A DNA stretch of 64,000 nucleotides from Acidobacteriota bacterium (GTDB lineage: Bacteria > Acidobacteriota > UBA890 > WLXD01): the NCBI GenBank assembly GCA_963666055.2, contig CAXWPH010000010.1:112522-176521 (forward strand). The letters run 5' to 3'. A model generated the notes under the pieces. The model made no database searches, was not told where the DNA came from, and saw nothing but the letters and a program-made list of their open reading frames with translations. Of this stretch, positions 49,790-60,076 are shown piece by piece. The translations under genes were made by a program, and so were the position numbers. Numbering within the stretch: the stretch's first letter is position 1; every line of letters starts with the position of its first letter.

Positions 49790-52390
49790 TTACCGTCCAA
49801 TATCGGCGGGCCGTTCGGGTCGCGGGCGAAACACCGCATTGAACAGTACCTTGAAGGTCTGGTGCGTCTGCGCCCGATACTCAGGAGAGAAGCCGACCAT
49901 GACGAGCCGGCCTGCACCGTGCGGCACTTCGAGAAGCGCAGCACTGCCGGCGAGCTCTTCCTCGCCCTGGATCCAGCCACTCATCAGGAGTTCCCGGTCC
50001 GGATAGCTGGCCACAATCCGAGCGGCAGCCGGTGGTCTCCAGAACGGACTGTTCCAGAAGAACACCGGGGTTTCCGGCTGCAAGCCGAACGCGAGCCAGT
50101 GGCTGGTGTCCATTCGTACACGCAGTATCGAACCCGGTATGTTGAACGCCGTGCTCGACAGCCCGCTGTGTAGGCTCTGCGGTGCGTCGAGATATTGTGC
50201 GGCGAACTCCGTCGATCCTGCCCAGGTCAGGACGGTGCCGCCCGCCGCCAGGTAAGCGCGCAGCGCCGCGACACCTTGTGCGCCAATACCGCCCGCGAAC
50301 TGCGGGGGGCTAGGAGGTCGGCGACGGCCGAAGCGCTGCTGCCCGGCACGCGGGAGTCCCGCAACGATGCTGTCGGCGCTTCCCGGTGGAATGATCACGA
50401 GGCCGTAGGGATCTAGGTCACCGCGTCGAAGATCGGCATCGCGCAGCGTGTCGAACGGTATTCCGTATTGCTCGAACACGAAGCGCGTCCACCCTTCCGG
50501 CATGCTAGGAACATAGCTCTGGTAGATCGCCACACGAGGCTCCGCGACCCAGCCGGACGCAACGTTCGGCGCTTCACTGACCCCCCATGCCATTACTCGG
50601 TGCTCTTCAACCAGCGCCGAGAGCTGCTGCAACGCGGCAATCGCCGCCGCCCCCTTGGGTAACGCGTAGATCCAGCTGCCCGCCGGCCATGTCCGGCCCT
50701 CGGCATCGAACGGCTCGGTAGATCGTCGGAGCCCGTTGCCGGCAAGCTGCGCGGCAACGCTGAACGTGTTGTTGACGCGAGGATCCAGCAGGTACGCGAC
50801 GGCGCCACCGGGCGGATCGACGAGTCCCCCGGTTGGTTGTACCGGCGCGTCAATGGTCACCAAGTCTGCCTCGAATGGCTCCACGATGGTATCGACATCG
50901 ACGTTCATCATCAGCGGTAGCGTGTGCGCCGTAACGTCATACGGTGGGTCGATCGGCCCACCCTCGTAGAGGTACATGCGCGGATACTGCTGCCGCTCGA
51001 GCACGCTCTTCGCGAAGCGGCCCGCCGGCTGTGCGAAGCGCACCACCACCGAGCCGGCATCGTAGTCGGTTCCGGCGGCGGTGAATGGCGTCCGAGCAAC
51101 CTTCAACTCGACATCAGCCACCAGCAATACTTCTTGCAGCTTCGCCGCTACCGGTGGATCGGCCTGTTGAGCCGGCAGCACGAACGCATAGGGTGCCCCC
51201 GGGGGCGGCGATACCGAGCGTCGCTGCGCCTCCAGCATGCCGCGCAGCAGGTGCGGGCGCAGATCAGCCGCGGCGCGGAGCGCAGCCATGGCGCCCGCGT
51301 AGTGATAGTCGACCACGTCGCGGAAGCGCCATGTGCCACCCGGCCAAGGCTCGGGAAAGTACCAGTGTCGCTCTCGGTAGGCGGCAGCGAGTTGGTCCGG
51401 GGCGATCTCCAGGTCATCCGCGTAGTCGGCGCCCGCAACCTCGGTGAGCAATCGCACCCCGCCATGCGTATGCGGGTAGGCGCGCGCCGGCGACCAGCCA
51501 TCGTATCGCTGCTTCCACTCGACACCGGTATAGCCGCGGGTGGTGAGGTACTGCCCCATGAACGTGCCGATCATGTTGTTGGAGGCGATGAGTGCCGCGT
51601 CCACGTTCGGCTCCCACGGATCCTCGAACGGCGGCACGAAAATGCGCGACCGGTTGGACCCTTGTTGATGCTGGTCGAGTGTGAATTGTGGGTGCAGCAA
51701 GTTCTGGAGGCGGACGGAGAGCCGCGTTTCGAGCTGGGTGAACATGTACCAATCGCGGTTATTGTCGTGGCCGACGTAGCGCTGATACAGAAACGGCGGC
51801 GGCGAATTCTGGTACGGCGTGCCGCGCTGCGAGTCGAGCCACCTGGCAACCATCTCCTGGCCGTCAGGGTTGTGCACCGGCACGTGGGCGATCACCACGT
51901 TTTCAAGAATGTGCTCTGTCTCGCGATCGGTCGCCGACGCCAGTCGATATGCCAGGAGCAAGCCGCCCTGTGATGCACCTACCTCGGTCGAGTGGATTTG
52001 GCCGTTGACGACTACGACCGCTCGTCCGTCTTCGAGGATGCGGGCGGCTTCGGTGTCACTCAACCCTCGCGGATCGTAGAGTCGGGCGTTGTCGGCCAGT
52101 AGCTGATCGAGTCGAGCGAGGTTCTCCGGCGCCGAGATCAAGGAGTAGTAAAATGGGCGTCCATCGGTAGTTTCGCCGAGATGGTGCAGCTGTACTCGGT
52201 CCGTGCGCTCGGCGAGCAACTCGTAGTACTCGAGAATTTCTGAATACCGGATGAGCACACCAGCCGCACCAACCTCGCGACCGAAGTAGTCGTTGGGGTG
52301 CGGGATGTCCTCGCCGACGGCTGCCGCTACCATGGAGACGGTCAGGCCCAATAACAGAAGCGTCAACGAACGGATTCGCCCTGAGCGCAT
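49790..52390 (-). CDS. M14 zinc carboxypeptidase family protein with C-terminal GATase-like domain
   Basis: Signal peptide, QIHSTE, NPDG, DNNRD, DQHQ, EGWTRFVFE. Confidence 0.88.
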   Translation of the reverse strand: MRSGRIRSLTLLLLGLTVSMVAAAVGEDIPHPNDYFGREVGAAGVLIRYSEILEYYELLAERTDRVQLHHLGETTDGRPFYYSLISAPENLARLDQLLADNARLYDPRGLSDTEAARILEDGRAVVVVNGQIHSTEVGASQGGLLLAYRLASATDRETEHILENVVIAHVPVHNPDGQEMVARWLDSQRGTPYQNSPPPFLYQRYVGHDNNRDWYMFTQLETRLSVRLQNLLHPQFTLDQHQQGSNRSRIFVPPFEDPWEPNVDAALIASNNMIGTFMGQYLTTRGYTGVEWKQRYDGWSPARAYPHTHGGVRLLTEVAGADYADDLEIAPDQLAAAYRERHWYFPEPWPGGTWRFRDVVDYHYAGAMAALRAAADLRPHLLRGMLEAQRRSVSPPPGAPYAFVLPAQQADPPVAAKLQEVLLVADVELKVARTPFTAAGTDYDAGSVVVRFAQPAGRFAKSVLERQQYPRMYLYEGGPIDPPYDVTAHTLPLMMNVDVDTIVEPFEADLVTIDAPVQPTGGLVDPPGGAVAYLLDPRVNNTFSVAAQLAGNGLRRSTEPFDAEGRTWPAGSWIYALPKGAAAIAALQQLSALVEEHRVMAWGVSEAPNVASGWVAEPRVAIYQSYVPSMPEGWTRFVFEQYGIPFDTLRDADLRRGDLDPYGLVIIPPGSADSIVAGLPRAGQQRFGRRRPPSPPQFAGGIGAQGVAALRAYLAAGGTVLTWAGSTEFAAQYLDAPQSLHSGLSSTAFNIPGSILRVRMDTSHWLAFGLQPETPVFFWNSPFWRPPAAARIVASYPDRELLMSGWIQGEEELAGSAALLEVPHGAGRLVMVGFSPEYRAQTHQTFKVLFNAVFRPRPERPADIGR

Positions 52391-52513
52391 CGAACCTCCC
52401 TCCGGAATCCTGCGGGATCGTACAGACAGCGGCGCAAGTATCCCACGCAGCCGAAGCCGCGGAACGGCGTTTGCCGACCGCCTGCAGGAGGGCATGACAG
52501 CGTGACCGGGACC

Positions 52514-52864
52514 ATGCGATGCCCGAGTTGCGGCTCGGAATACCGTCTCGGATTCGAGACTTGCGCCGACTGCGGCGTGCCACTGGAGCATCCCGAGCAG
52601 GCGTTCCCGGAGACCGAAGACGACGCGACACCCGAATGGACGCTGCTGTGCAGGCTGTCTTCGGAGAGCGAAGCCCTGCTATTGCAAGGCTATCTCGAGA
52701 GCGAAGGGGTGCCTTGCGCCATCGAGTCGCTGGTATTCCACGCCGAGCCCTTCACCTTCGGGCCGCTGGCCCAGGTACGAGTTCACGTGCTTGCCGCAAA
52801 CCACGAGCGCGCCACGCGCCTGTTACACGAGCGCAACCTGGTCGCAACGACTGAGCCCGGCTAG
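52514..52864 (+). CDS. Zinc-ribbon + DUF2007-like protein
   Basis: CPSCGSEYR..CADCGVPL; EALLLQGYLESEGVP. Confidence 0.8.
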   Translation: MRCPSCGSEYRLGFETCADCGVPLEHPEQAFPETEDDATPEWTLLCRLSSESEALLLQGYLESEGVPCAIESLVFHAEPFTFGPLAQVRVHVLAANHERATRLLHERNLVATTEPG

Positions 52865-53127
52865 CCGCAGCGTGGGTGTCCCATGGCGACAACTAGTGGC
52901 CTGTAGGCCGAGCCTTGCCCGCGACGACACGCGTCGAGGCACTGCTGTTCGTAAGCTGCTTCCATGTGCGCTTCCACGTCGTTGGCATGCGCCTGACCAA
53001 AAAGGCTGCTGCCTTGAGTTTGCCGCCAAACCGCAAGCTCTTCGGCCCACGACCGAATTCGCCGAGAGATTGCCGCGGCGAGGTGGCCCCGCGACGGAAT
53101 CCGCAGGGTGCAGTACTCAGTGGACAA
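52861..53127 (-). CDS. Hypothetical small protein
   Basis: 88-aa ORF filling the gap, divergent from the PilZ gene; no recognisable motif. Confidence 0.45.
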   Translation of the reverse strand: MSTEYCTLRIPSRGHLAAAISRRIRSWAEELAVWRQTQGSSLFGQAHANDVEAHMEAAYEQQCLDACRRGQGSAYRPLVVAMGHPRCG

Positions 53128-53286
53128 CGTGTGACCACCAAGGCCTCGTCGACGATAACGGGGAAATCGATCGCTAAGAATTAGTCATGTTTAGATACTA
53201 ATGATCAAGTAATCACTTTCAAAATGTTTTCCGAGGCGCTATGCTAGTTCTTAGTCACGATCAAGGAGGGTAGAGGAGAAAGAACG

Positions 53287-53649
53287 ATGCACCGGAAGCT
53301 CTGGGGTGGAGATGAGCGCCGCATCTTCCCGCGCCACGCACTCGATGTACATATTCAGGTGGAAGTGTACGGGTTCGACGCCAACTCGCGGCCGTTCTTT
53401 TGCCGTGGGACGACCACGAACATAAGCCGTAGCGGCCTTCTCGGCCGGGTCAACGCGCCGGTGAACGTCGGTGCGATCTGCAAGGTCTTCTTCCACAATC
53501 CGAGCCCGGAGCTATGTCCACGCAACGTCTGCGGACGGGTAACCCGCTGCACTGAGCGTGACGGCGCATTCGACGTGTCAGTGGAGTTCGATGAGGTTCT
53601 CAGAGAGTTCCGCAGTGCCGATATGGTGGCGGTCGTGGCGGTAGCCTGA
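53287..53649 (+). CDS. PilZ domain protein
   Basis: ERRIFPR (RxxxR) and NISRSG c-di-GMP motifs; strong RBS. Confidence 0.85.
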   Translation: MHRKLWGGDERRIFPRHALDVHIQVEVYGFDANSRPFFCRGTTTNISRSGLLGRVNAPVNVGAICKVFFHNPSPELCPRNVCGRVTRCTERDGAFDVSVEFDEVLREFRSADMVAVVAVA

Positions 53650-53656
53650 CCGCCTG

Positions 53657-55177
53657 ATGCCCGATCCCGACGAGCTCGGCGACCTCGACCCCGAGGAGTT
53701 TCGTCGGCGTGGTTATCAGGTAATCGACTGGATCTGTCGGTACCTCGCCACGACGCGCGACTACCCGGTGCTTTCCAGGTCGCGGCCGGGCGAGATTCTC
53801 GCGCAGCTACCTGAGGCCGGTCCTGAAGAAGCAACCCCTTGGGAAGAAACCCTGGCGACGCTCGACACCGTCCTTCTGCCCGGCATTACCCACTGGAACC
53901 ACCCGCGATTTTTCGCCTACTTCGCCAACACCGGCTCCGCGCCCGGGATCCTGGGAGCAGCGCTTGCGGCTGCGCTGAACCCCAACGGCATGCTCTGGCG
54001 GACTTCGCCGGCGGTTACCGAGCTCGAGCAACGGGTGCTTGGTTGGGTGCGAGATTGGCTCGGCCTGCCGGACCATTGCTTCGGCATCATCTACGACACT
54101 GCGTCGGTATCCAGCCTTTGCGCCATCGCTGCCGCGCGCCAAGCCTCGCAGGGCTATCGTCGCGAGCAGGGCGTCGCTGCCCTCAACGGCAGGCTACGCC
54201 TGTACCGCTCGGAACAAGCACACTCCTCCATCGACAAGTCCGCGCTGATCCTCGGTCTGGGTCTCGACTCCGTCCGCGCCGTCCCGACACTCGACGACTA
54301 CAGCATGGACCCAGCAGCGCTCGAGGCGGCGATCAAGGCCGACAGGGCCGCTGGGCTCATCCCATTTTGCGTCGTCGCGACGGCGGGCACGACGTCGACA
54401 ACGAGCATCGACCCGCTGACAGACATCGCTGACCTCTGCGACCGCGAGGGACTCTGGATGCACGTCGACGCGGCCTATGGTGGCGCCGTGGCGATCGTGC
54501 CGGAGAAACGTCAGTTGTTTGGCGGTTGGGAGCGTGCCCATTCGGTGGTGATAAACCCGCACAAGTGGCTCTACACACCGATGTCGTGCAGCCTGCTCTA
54601 CACCACCCGGCCGGACATCCTACGCGACGCTTTCAGCCTGGTTCCCGAGTACCTCCGGAGCGATGTCGGCGACCCCCACGGCGAGGCCCGCTCGCCTGGC
54701 GAAGATACTGCGCCGACCGATCTGATGAACTACGGAATCCAGCTCGGTCGACCGTTCCGGGCAATGAAGCTCTGGATGGTGCTGAGCGCCTACGGACGAC
54801 GCGGCATCGTCGATCGCCTGCGCGCCCAGTTAGCCATGGCTGTTGATCTCGCCGACCGCATCGACGAGCACCCCGACTTCGAACGGCTCGCCGCCACGCC
54901 GCTGGGGACCGTTTGCTTCCGCTTCCGACCGGGCGTGGGATGCGCGAGCGACGACGGTACGTCGCTGCCGGCGGTTGATCACGACCCCTACGCTGACCTC
55001 AACGAGCGCCTGATGGCGGTGGTGAACGGCGAGGGCAAGATCTTCATCTCCCACACACGCCTTCGTGGCCGGCTCGCGCTCCGCGTCTCGATCGGCAATC
55101 TACGCACGACACGCGAAGACGTCGATCTAGCGTGGCAGACGCTGCGGCGCGCCGCGGCCCGTCTCACGGGCGGGTAA
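53657..55177 (+). CDS. Group II PLP decarboxylase (aromatic-L-amino-acid decarboxylase-like)
   Basis: THWNHPRFFAYF, AHSSIDK, HVDAAYGG, NPHKWL. Confidence 0.93.
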   Translation: MPDPDELGDLDPEEFRRRGYQVIDWICRYLATTRDYPVLSRSRPGEILAQLPEAGPEEATPWEETLATLDTVLLPGITHWNHPRFFAYFANTGSAPGILGAALAAALNPNGMLWRTSPAVTELEQRVLGWVRDWLGLPDHCFGIIYDTASVSSLCAIAAARQASQGYRREQGVAALNGRLRLYRSEQAHSSIDKSALILGLGLDSVRAVPTLDDYSMDPAALEAAIKADRAAGLIPFCVVATAGTTSTTSIDPLTDIADLCDREGLWMHVDAAYGGAVAIVPEKRQLFGGWERAHSVVINPHKWLYTPMSCSLLYTTRPDILRDAFSLVPEYLRSDVGDPHGEARSPGEDTAPTDLMNYGIQLGRPFRAMKLWMVLSAYGRRGIVDRLRAQLAMAVDLADRIDEHPDFERLAATPLGTVCFRFRPGVGCASDDGTSLPAVDHDPYADLNERLMAVVNGEGKIFISHTRLRGRLALRVSIGNLRTTREDVDLAWQTLRRAAARLTGG

Positions 55178-55219
55178 GGCCGATCGAACCCGAATGGCAC
55201 CCGACCTACAGGAGTGGCC

Positions 55220-55432
55220 TCAGCCCGCGCCGCCCGTCGTGGAGTCGGGCTCGTCGGGCTCATCGCTGCCACGATTGTCCGCCGCCAGCCGTCGCGCTTC
55301 GGTGAGCAACTCTTGCACCTGACTCGCCTGATCCCGAAACGACCGCCGCTGCAAGACTGCCAGGAGCACGGTGAGAACCATGAACGATATGGCTATCAAG
55401 AGGAACACGAGCGCCAGGGGGTTCCTTTCCAT
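55220..55432 (-). CDS. Small single-TM protein
   Basis: N-terminal hydrophobic helix; directly after rocD. Confidence 0.55.
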   Translation of the reverse strand: MERNPLALVFLLIAISFMVLTVLLAVLQRRSFRDQASQVQELLTEARRLAADNRGSDEPDEPDSTTGGAG

Positions 55433-55436
55433 GCGC

Positions 55437-56681
55437 CTATCCCAGATCTACACCCTCTCCCTGTAGGACGGCGCGAATATCAGGGAGCACCTCCTGGAGG
55501 ATTTCGCGCGTCACCACCAACGGCGGTGCGAAACGAATCACTTGCTCGTGAGTCTCCTCCGCCAGGATTCCGCGGCGCGCCAGCGCCTTGCAGAAGGGGC
55601 GTGCGGGCCGGGAGGCATCGCGAATCACCACACCCACCAAGAGGCCACGACCACGCACCTGCTCGACGTGCGGCGAATCAACCGCGCGAAGCTCATCCAT
55701 GAACCAATCGCCGAGCTCGCGGGCATTGTCCACCAGTCCCTCGTCAACGAGCACCGCAAGCGCCTCGCGCGCCACAGCCGCCGCCAGGGGGTTTCCTCCG
55801 AACGTAGAGCCATGGTCGCCAGGCCGGAACACGCCCATTACCTCGTCGTCCGCCAGCACGGCAGATACCGGGTACACACCACCGCCCAGGGCTTTGCCGA
55901 GGATGAGAACGTCTGGCCTCACTTCCTCCCACTGGGTTGCGAGCAGCTTGCCGGTGCGACCGAGCCCGGTCTGCACCTCGTCGGCGATCATCAGGGCGCG
56001 GTGATCACCGCAAAGCTCGGCCATGGAGGCCAGGAAGCCGTGCGGCGGCACTACCACTCCAGCCTCTCCCTGGATCGGCTCTGCGAGCACGCCAACGGTG
56101 TTGGGACCGAACGCGCCGGCCAACTCGTCGACGTCACCATACGGCACGATCTTGAAACCAGGAGCGAAGGGCCCAAACCCATCGCGCGCCTGCGGATCCG
56201 TCGAGAACCCGACGATCGCCGTCGTGCGACCGTGGAAGTTCCCCGACATCACGATGATCTCGGCAGCATCGGCAGCGACGCCGCGCACCTCATAACCCCA
56301 CTTACGCGTCATCTTGATCGCCGTTTCGACCGCCTCGGCGCCGGTGTTCATGGGCAGTGCGCGATCGTAGCCCATGAGCTCGCATAACTGACTGAGGAAC
56401 GGGCCCATCTGGTCGTTGTGGAAGGCGCGTGACGTGAGCGTCAGAGCTTCGGCCTGGCGCGTAAGCGCCGCCACGATGCGCGGGTGGCAGTGGCCCTGGT
56501 TCACCGCCGAGTACGCTGCCAGGCAATCCAGGTAACGGTTGCCCTCGACGTCCCATACCCAGCAGCCCTCGCCATGCGTGAGAACAACGTCGAGCGGGTG
56601 GTAGTTGTGTGCGCCCCAGCGATCGGCGAGATCGATATAACGCTTCGAGTTCGCGACGGTGGCTGCGGATTCTGTGGACAT
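55437..56681 (-). CDS. rocD: Ornithine--oxo-acid transaminase
   Basis: AHNYHPL, YSAVNQGHCHP, NTGAEAVETA, EPIQGEAG, DEVQTGLGRTG, HGSTFGGNP. Confidence 0.94.
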   Translation of the reverse strand: MSTESAATVANSKRYIDLADRWGAHNYHPLDVVLTHGEGCWVWDVEGNRYLDCLAAYSAVNQGHCHPRIVAALTRQAEALTLTSRAFHNDQMGPFLSQLCELMGYDRALPMNTGAEAVETAIKMTRKWGYEVRGVAADAAEIIVMSGNFHGRTTAIVGFSTDPQARDGFGPFAPGFKIVPYGDVDELAGAFGPNTVGVLAEPIQGEAGVVVPPHGFLASMAELCGDHRALMIADEVQTGLGRTGKLLATQWEEVRPDVLILGKALGGGVYPVSAVLADDEVMGVFRPGDHGSTFGGNPLAAAVAREALAVLVDEGLVDNARELGDWFMDELRAVDSPHVEQVRGRGLLVGVVIRDASRPARPFCKALARRGILAEETHEQVIRFAPPLVVTREILQEVLPDIRAVLQGEGVDLG

Positions 56682-56938
56682 ATCTTCCTCAAGATTCCAA
56701 GGGAACGCGCCCGGGCGATTCGCCAGTGGTTCCACACAGTTGATCGGCTCGCTCGGCAGGCGCCCAGGCGGATACGAACCTGCTGTAAAAGCGCCGACAA
56801 GATATTATAGTTCTCCACCAACACAACGCTCTTCACCTCGATTCGGATGGACGGTGGCGGGGACCCGCGCACAAACGCGCCGTTCTCGCCGGCGCAAAAC
56901 GACCGGGTGAATCCGCTCGCTCCCAAGGAGAAACTTCG

Positions 56939-57424
56939 ATGGTACGTTGCACGCGACTTGCAATGATGCTGGTATTTTTACTGGCGCTACCGTTCGCCGC
57001 CGCGTGCGGCACCGCTGAGGAACCTGCCGAGACCCCGGAGGCTCCTGCCGAGCAGGCGCCTGTCCCAGTCGAGGAGCCGCCAGCGGCGGAGCCCGAGCCG
57101 CCAGAGCCGACAGAGCCGGAGCTCGTCGGCGACATCGTGCTCTCCGGCGACAACTTCGAGTGGGGCGAATTCGGGGCTGGGGAGCCCGCCCCGTATACGT
57201 GGACCGTACGGATCAACAACGACACCACGGCGACACTGTCTATCCGGGTCAGCTTCCAGTTCCTGGACGACGATGATCAGGTCCTGAAGACCGAGAGGGC
57301 GACGATCCGCCTGGATCCGGCAGCCGGCCGCACGATCAGCGAGAGCGGCACCATGCCGTACGACGACGCGCTGAAAGTGATCGGTTTCGTTGCCGACTAC
57401 ACCTACGACATCATCACGCCGTAA
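56939..57424 (+). CDS. Lipoprotein with Pro/Glu linker and Ig-like (FxLYD-like) domain
   Basis: Lipobox AAAC, PE-rich linker, FQFLDDDD. Confidence 0.7.
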   Translation: MVRCTRLAMMLVFLLALPFAAACGTAEEPAETPEAPAEQAPVPVEEPPAAEPEPPEPTEPELVGDIVLSGDNFEWGEFGAGEPAPYTWTVRINNDTTATLSIRVSFQFLDDDDQVLKTERATIRLDPAAGRTISESGTMPYDDALKVIGFVADYTYDIITP

Positions 57425-58558
57425 CTAGCAGGCGCGTCCTTGCTGCAGACCTGCGCCTCGCACAACCTCGTCGAACGCCGCCAGCAGTCGATCGGTCTCC
57501 TGGCGTTCGATCGACCGGCCCATGTGGCCGATGCGGAAGATCTTGCCGGCTAGCTCGTCGATCCCGCCAGAGATGTAGACGCGGTGCCGTTCGAGTAGCG
57601 CCGCTATCAGCTCGCCCACAGGCAGATCATCGCGCGCCAGAACGGCAGTGGTTATCGGAGACGCGTACTCGTCGGCGCAAAGCATTGAGAACCCCATGTC
57701 ACGTAGCCCCTGTCGCACCCGCTCGGCAGCGGCACGGGTACGCCCGATGCGCGCCTCAAGCCCCTCCTCGAGGATCATCTCGACGCTGATATTGAGCGCC
57801 TTCAGCAAGCCGGTCGGCATGGTCGTTGGGTACGGGTGCCAATGCCCCCAATCGCGCTCGTGCCGGCGATAGGTTCGCAGATCGAAGAGCCAGGCTCGCG
57901 GCTCTCCGCTGGCCTCGATCGCATCCCACGCTTGCCGGCTAACGGTCACCGGCGCCAGGCCGGGCGGTGCCGCCAGACCCTTGTTGGAAACGCTCACGCA
58001 CAAATCGACACCCCAGTCATCGACCGCCAGCTCGGTGCCGCCGAGCGACGAGATAGCGTCGATGATCGAGACGACCCCGGCCTCGCGAGCCGTCGCCGCG
58101 ATCGGCTCGACGGGGTTGAGCACGCCGGTGGAGGTCTCGTGATGCACCCACACAACGGCCGTGGGTCGCGGCGCCTGCCCGAGTTGCTGCAGCACCGTAT
58201 CGGCATCGATTGGTTGCCCCAGCGGGAAGTCGATGACCTGGACGTCGGCGCGATGGGCCCGGCAAATCTGCGCCAGTCGATCGCCGAACAAACCGTTCCG
58301 GGGCACGAGCACCCGCGACCCCTCGACCAACACCGAGGTGATCGCTGACTCGAGCGCCGCCGTGCCCGGCCCCGGCAGCAGGTAGAGATCGTTGGAGGTA
58401 CGGAAGATTTGCTTCAGCTGAGCTCGACAACGATCGAAGTCGGCGACGAATTCGTCACCGTAGTGCGGCCGGATCGGCTCGGCCGCAGCGGCCATGACAG
58501 CGGGATCCGCGGCTGCCGGGCCCGGAATGAACAGGTGAATGTCGTCGCGCTTTTCCAA
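57425..58558 (-). CDS. Alanine-glyoxylate/serine-pyruvate aminotransferase family (start 58558 or 58627)
   Basis: LFIPGP, VHHETSTGVLN, DAISSLGG, NKGLAAPPG, FRIGHMG. Confidence 0.9.
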   Translation of the reverse strand: MEKRDDIHLFIPGPAAADPAVMAAAAEPIRPHYGDEFVADFDRCRAQLKQIFRTSNDLYLLPGPGTAALESAITSVLVEGSRVLVPRNGLFGDRLAQICRAHRADVQVIDFPLGQPIDADTVLQQLGQAPRPTAVVWVHHETSTGVLNPVEPIAATAREAGVVSIIDAISSLGGTELAVDDWGVDLCVSVSNKGLAAPPGLAPVTVSRQAWDAIEASGEPRAWLFDLRTYRRHERDWGHWHPYPTTMPTGLLKALNISVEMILEEGLEARIGRTRAAAERVRQGLRDMGFSMLCADEYASPITTAVLARDDLPVGELIAALLERHRVYISGGIDELAGKIFRIGHMGRSIERQETDRLLAAFDEVVRGAGLQQGRAC

Positions 58559-58616
58559 GCCTCCCCCCGAGCTAAGCACAGCAGCAGCTTGCGGAGCCCT
58601 TTGACCCCACGGCGAC

Positions 58617-58755
58617 TGTCCGATCATGGGACGATACCTTCCCATAATCGGACAAGAGCGTCGCCTTGCGCACCGCGAAGATAGCTGGCAAATTATTGAT
58701 AATACGTAAGTTACATGCCGTGTCCGACTGCCTGCGCGCTTGGCACGTAGCTTGC
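58617..58755 (+). promoter_or_regulatory. Sigma54 promoter with IHF site and inverted enhancer sites
   Basis: TGGCAC-GTAGC-TTGC (58741-58755); IHF-consensus CAAATTATTGATA (58689-58701); 14/15 inverted repeat TGTCCGATCATGGGA/TCCCATAATCGGACA (58617-58654). Confidence 0.82.
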
Positions 58756-58798
58756 GAAACCCATCCGTAAGCTCATCAATTACCCACGCGAAAATCCT

Positions 58799-60049
58799 AT
58801 GGTCGATATCAAACGAGATCCACCAAAGAAAACCAAGCAATACGTCACGTGGACGCTCGGCGCAATCCTGCTGGGCGTCGTCACTTGGTACGTGTCCACC
58901 CTGGAGGCGGCCCCTCCGACCGTCGAGTCAGCGACGATCTGGACCGGTAACGTAGAGCGTGGAGAATTGCTACGCCAGGTGCGTGGGCCCGGAACCCTGG
59001 TACCCGAAGACGTGCTGTTCGTCAGCGCTCGGACGGCGGGACGGATCGAGAAGATCTTGATCGATCCCGGGGCCGTAGTGACACCGGACACGGTGATCAT
59101 GCTGCTGTCGAACCCCGACCTGCAGCTCACGGTGCAGAACGCGGAGTGGGAGTGGCGACGCGCCGAGGCCAGCTTCACCATGACACGTGTACAGCTCGAG
59201 CAACAGCGCCTACAGCAGGAATCGCTCGTCGCCCAGGTACAGGCGAGCTTCCACCAGGCGCGCCTGAACGCCGACCGCGACCAGCAGCTGTTCGATGAGC
59301 AGCTCGCCTCCGAGATCCAGATGATGCTGTCGCGCACTCAGGCTGAGGAGCTCGAGAATCGTCTGCGAATTGAAAAATTGAGACTCGACAACCTGCAGGA
59401 ATCAAACGAGGCACAGCTGGCCTCGCAGCGCGTCCAAGTTGAGCAGCGAAACGCCGAGTACCAACTCCGCCTTCGGGACCTCGACTCGTTGAAGGTTCGG
59501 CCAACGATCAGCGGCGTGTTGCAGGAGGTCCCGGTCGAAGAGGGGCAACAGGCGACTCCAGGCGTCGTGCTGGCCCGTGTCGCCGACCCGACGCATCTCA
59601 AGGCTGAGCTGCGCATCGCGCAGACGCAGGCTGGCGAGGTGGTGATCGGCCAAAGCGCCATCATCGATACGCGCAACGGCATAGTCCCCGGCCGCGTGAC
59701 CCGAATCGACCCGGCCGTCGTTCAGGGCACCGTTACGGTCGACGTAGAGCTTCTGGCAACTAAGCTGCCGCCCGGAGCGCGCCCCGACCTGAGCGTCGAC
59801 GGTCGCATCGAGATTCAGAGGCTCGACGACGTGATGTACGTCGATCGACCGGCATTCGGCCAGGCCAACCAATCGGTAGGGCTATTCAAGATCATCAATG
59901 ATGGCAGCGAGGCGGTGCGCACTACCGTGCGATTCGGTCCTAGCTCGGTCGACAAGATCGTGGTCATCGACGGTCTGAGCGTCGGCGAACAGATCATCTT
60001 GTCGGACATGTCGCGCTACGACGCTTCCGACAAGGTACGCATTCGCTAG
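58799..60049 (+). CDS. Efflux periplasmic adaptor (MFP, HlyD/MacA-like)
   Basis: N-terminal TM, VRGPGTLVP, coiled coil, RIDPAVVQGTV, RPDLSVDG. Confidence 0.92.
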   Translation: MVDIKRDPPKKTKQYVTWTLGAILLGVVTWYVSTLEAAPPTVESATIWTGNVERGELLRQVRGPGTLVPEDVLFVSARTAGRIEKILIDPGAVVTPDTVIMLLSNPDLQLTVQNAEWEWRRAEASFTMTRVQLEQQRLQQESLVAQVQASFHQARLNADRDQQLFDEQLASEIQMMLSRTQAEELENRLRIEKLRLDNLQESNEAQLASQRVQVEQRNAEYQLRLRDLDSLKVRPTISGVLQEVPVEEGQQATPGVVLARVADPTHLKAELRIAQTQAGEVVIGQSAIIDTRNGIVPGRVTRIDPAVVQGTVTVDVELLATKLPPGARPDLSVDGRIEIQRLDDVMYVDRPAFGQANQSVGLFKIINDGSEAVRTTVRFGPSSVDKIVVIDGLSVGEQIILSDMSRYDASDKVRIR

Positions 60050-60076
60050 CCAACACAAACCGATGAAGGAGCAGGC

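Noticed and set aside
57425-57448. CTAGCAGGC at 57425 and 25041 as further MITE copies
   Set aside because: Only 9 nt match the element end; not distinguishable from chance
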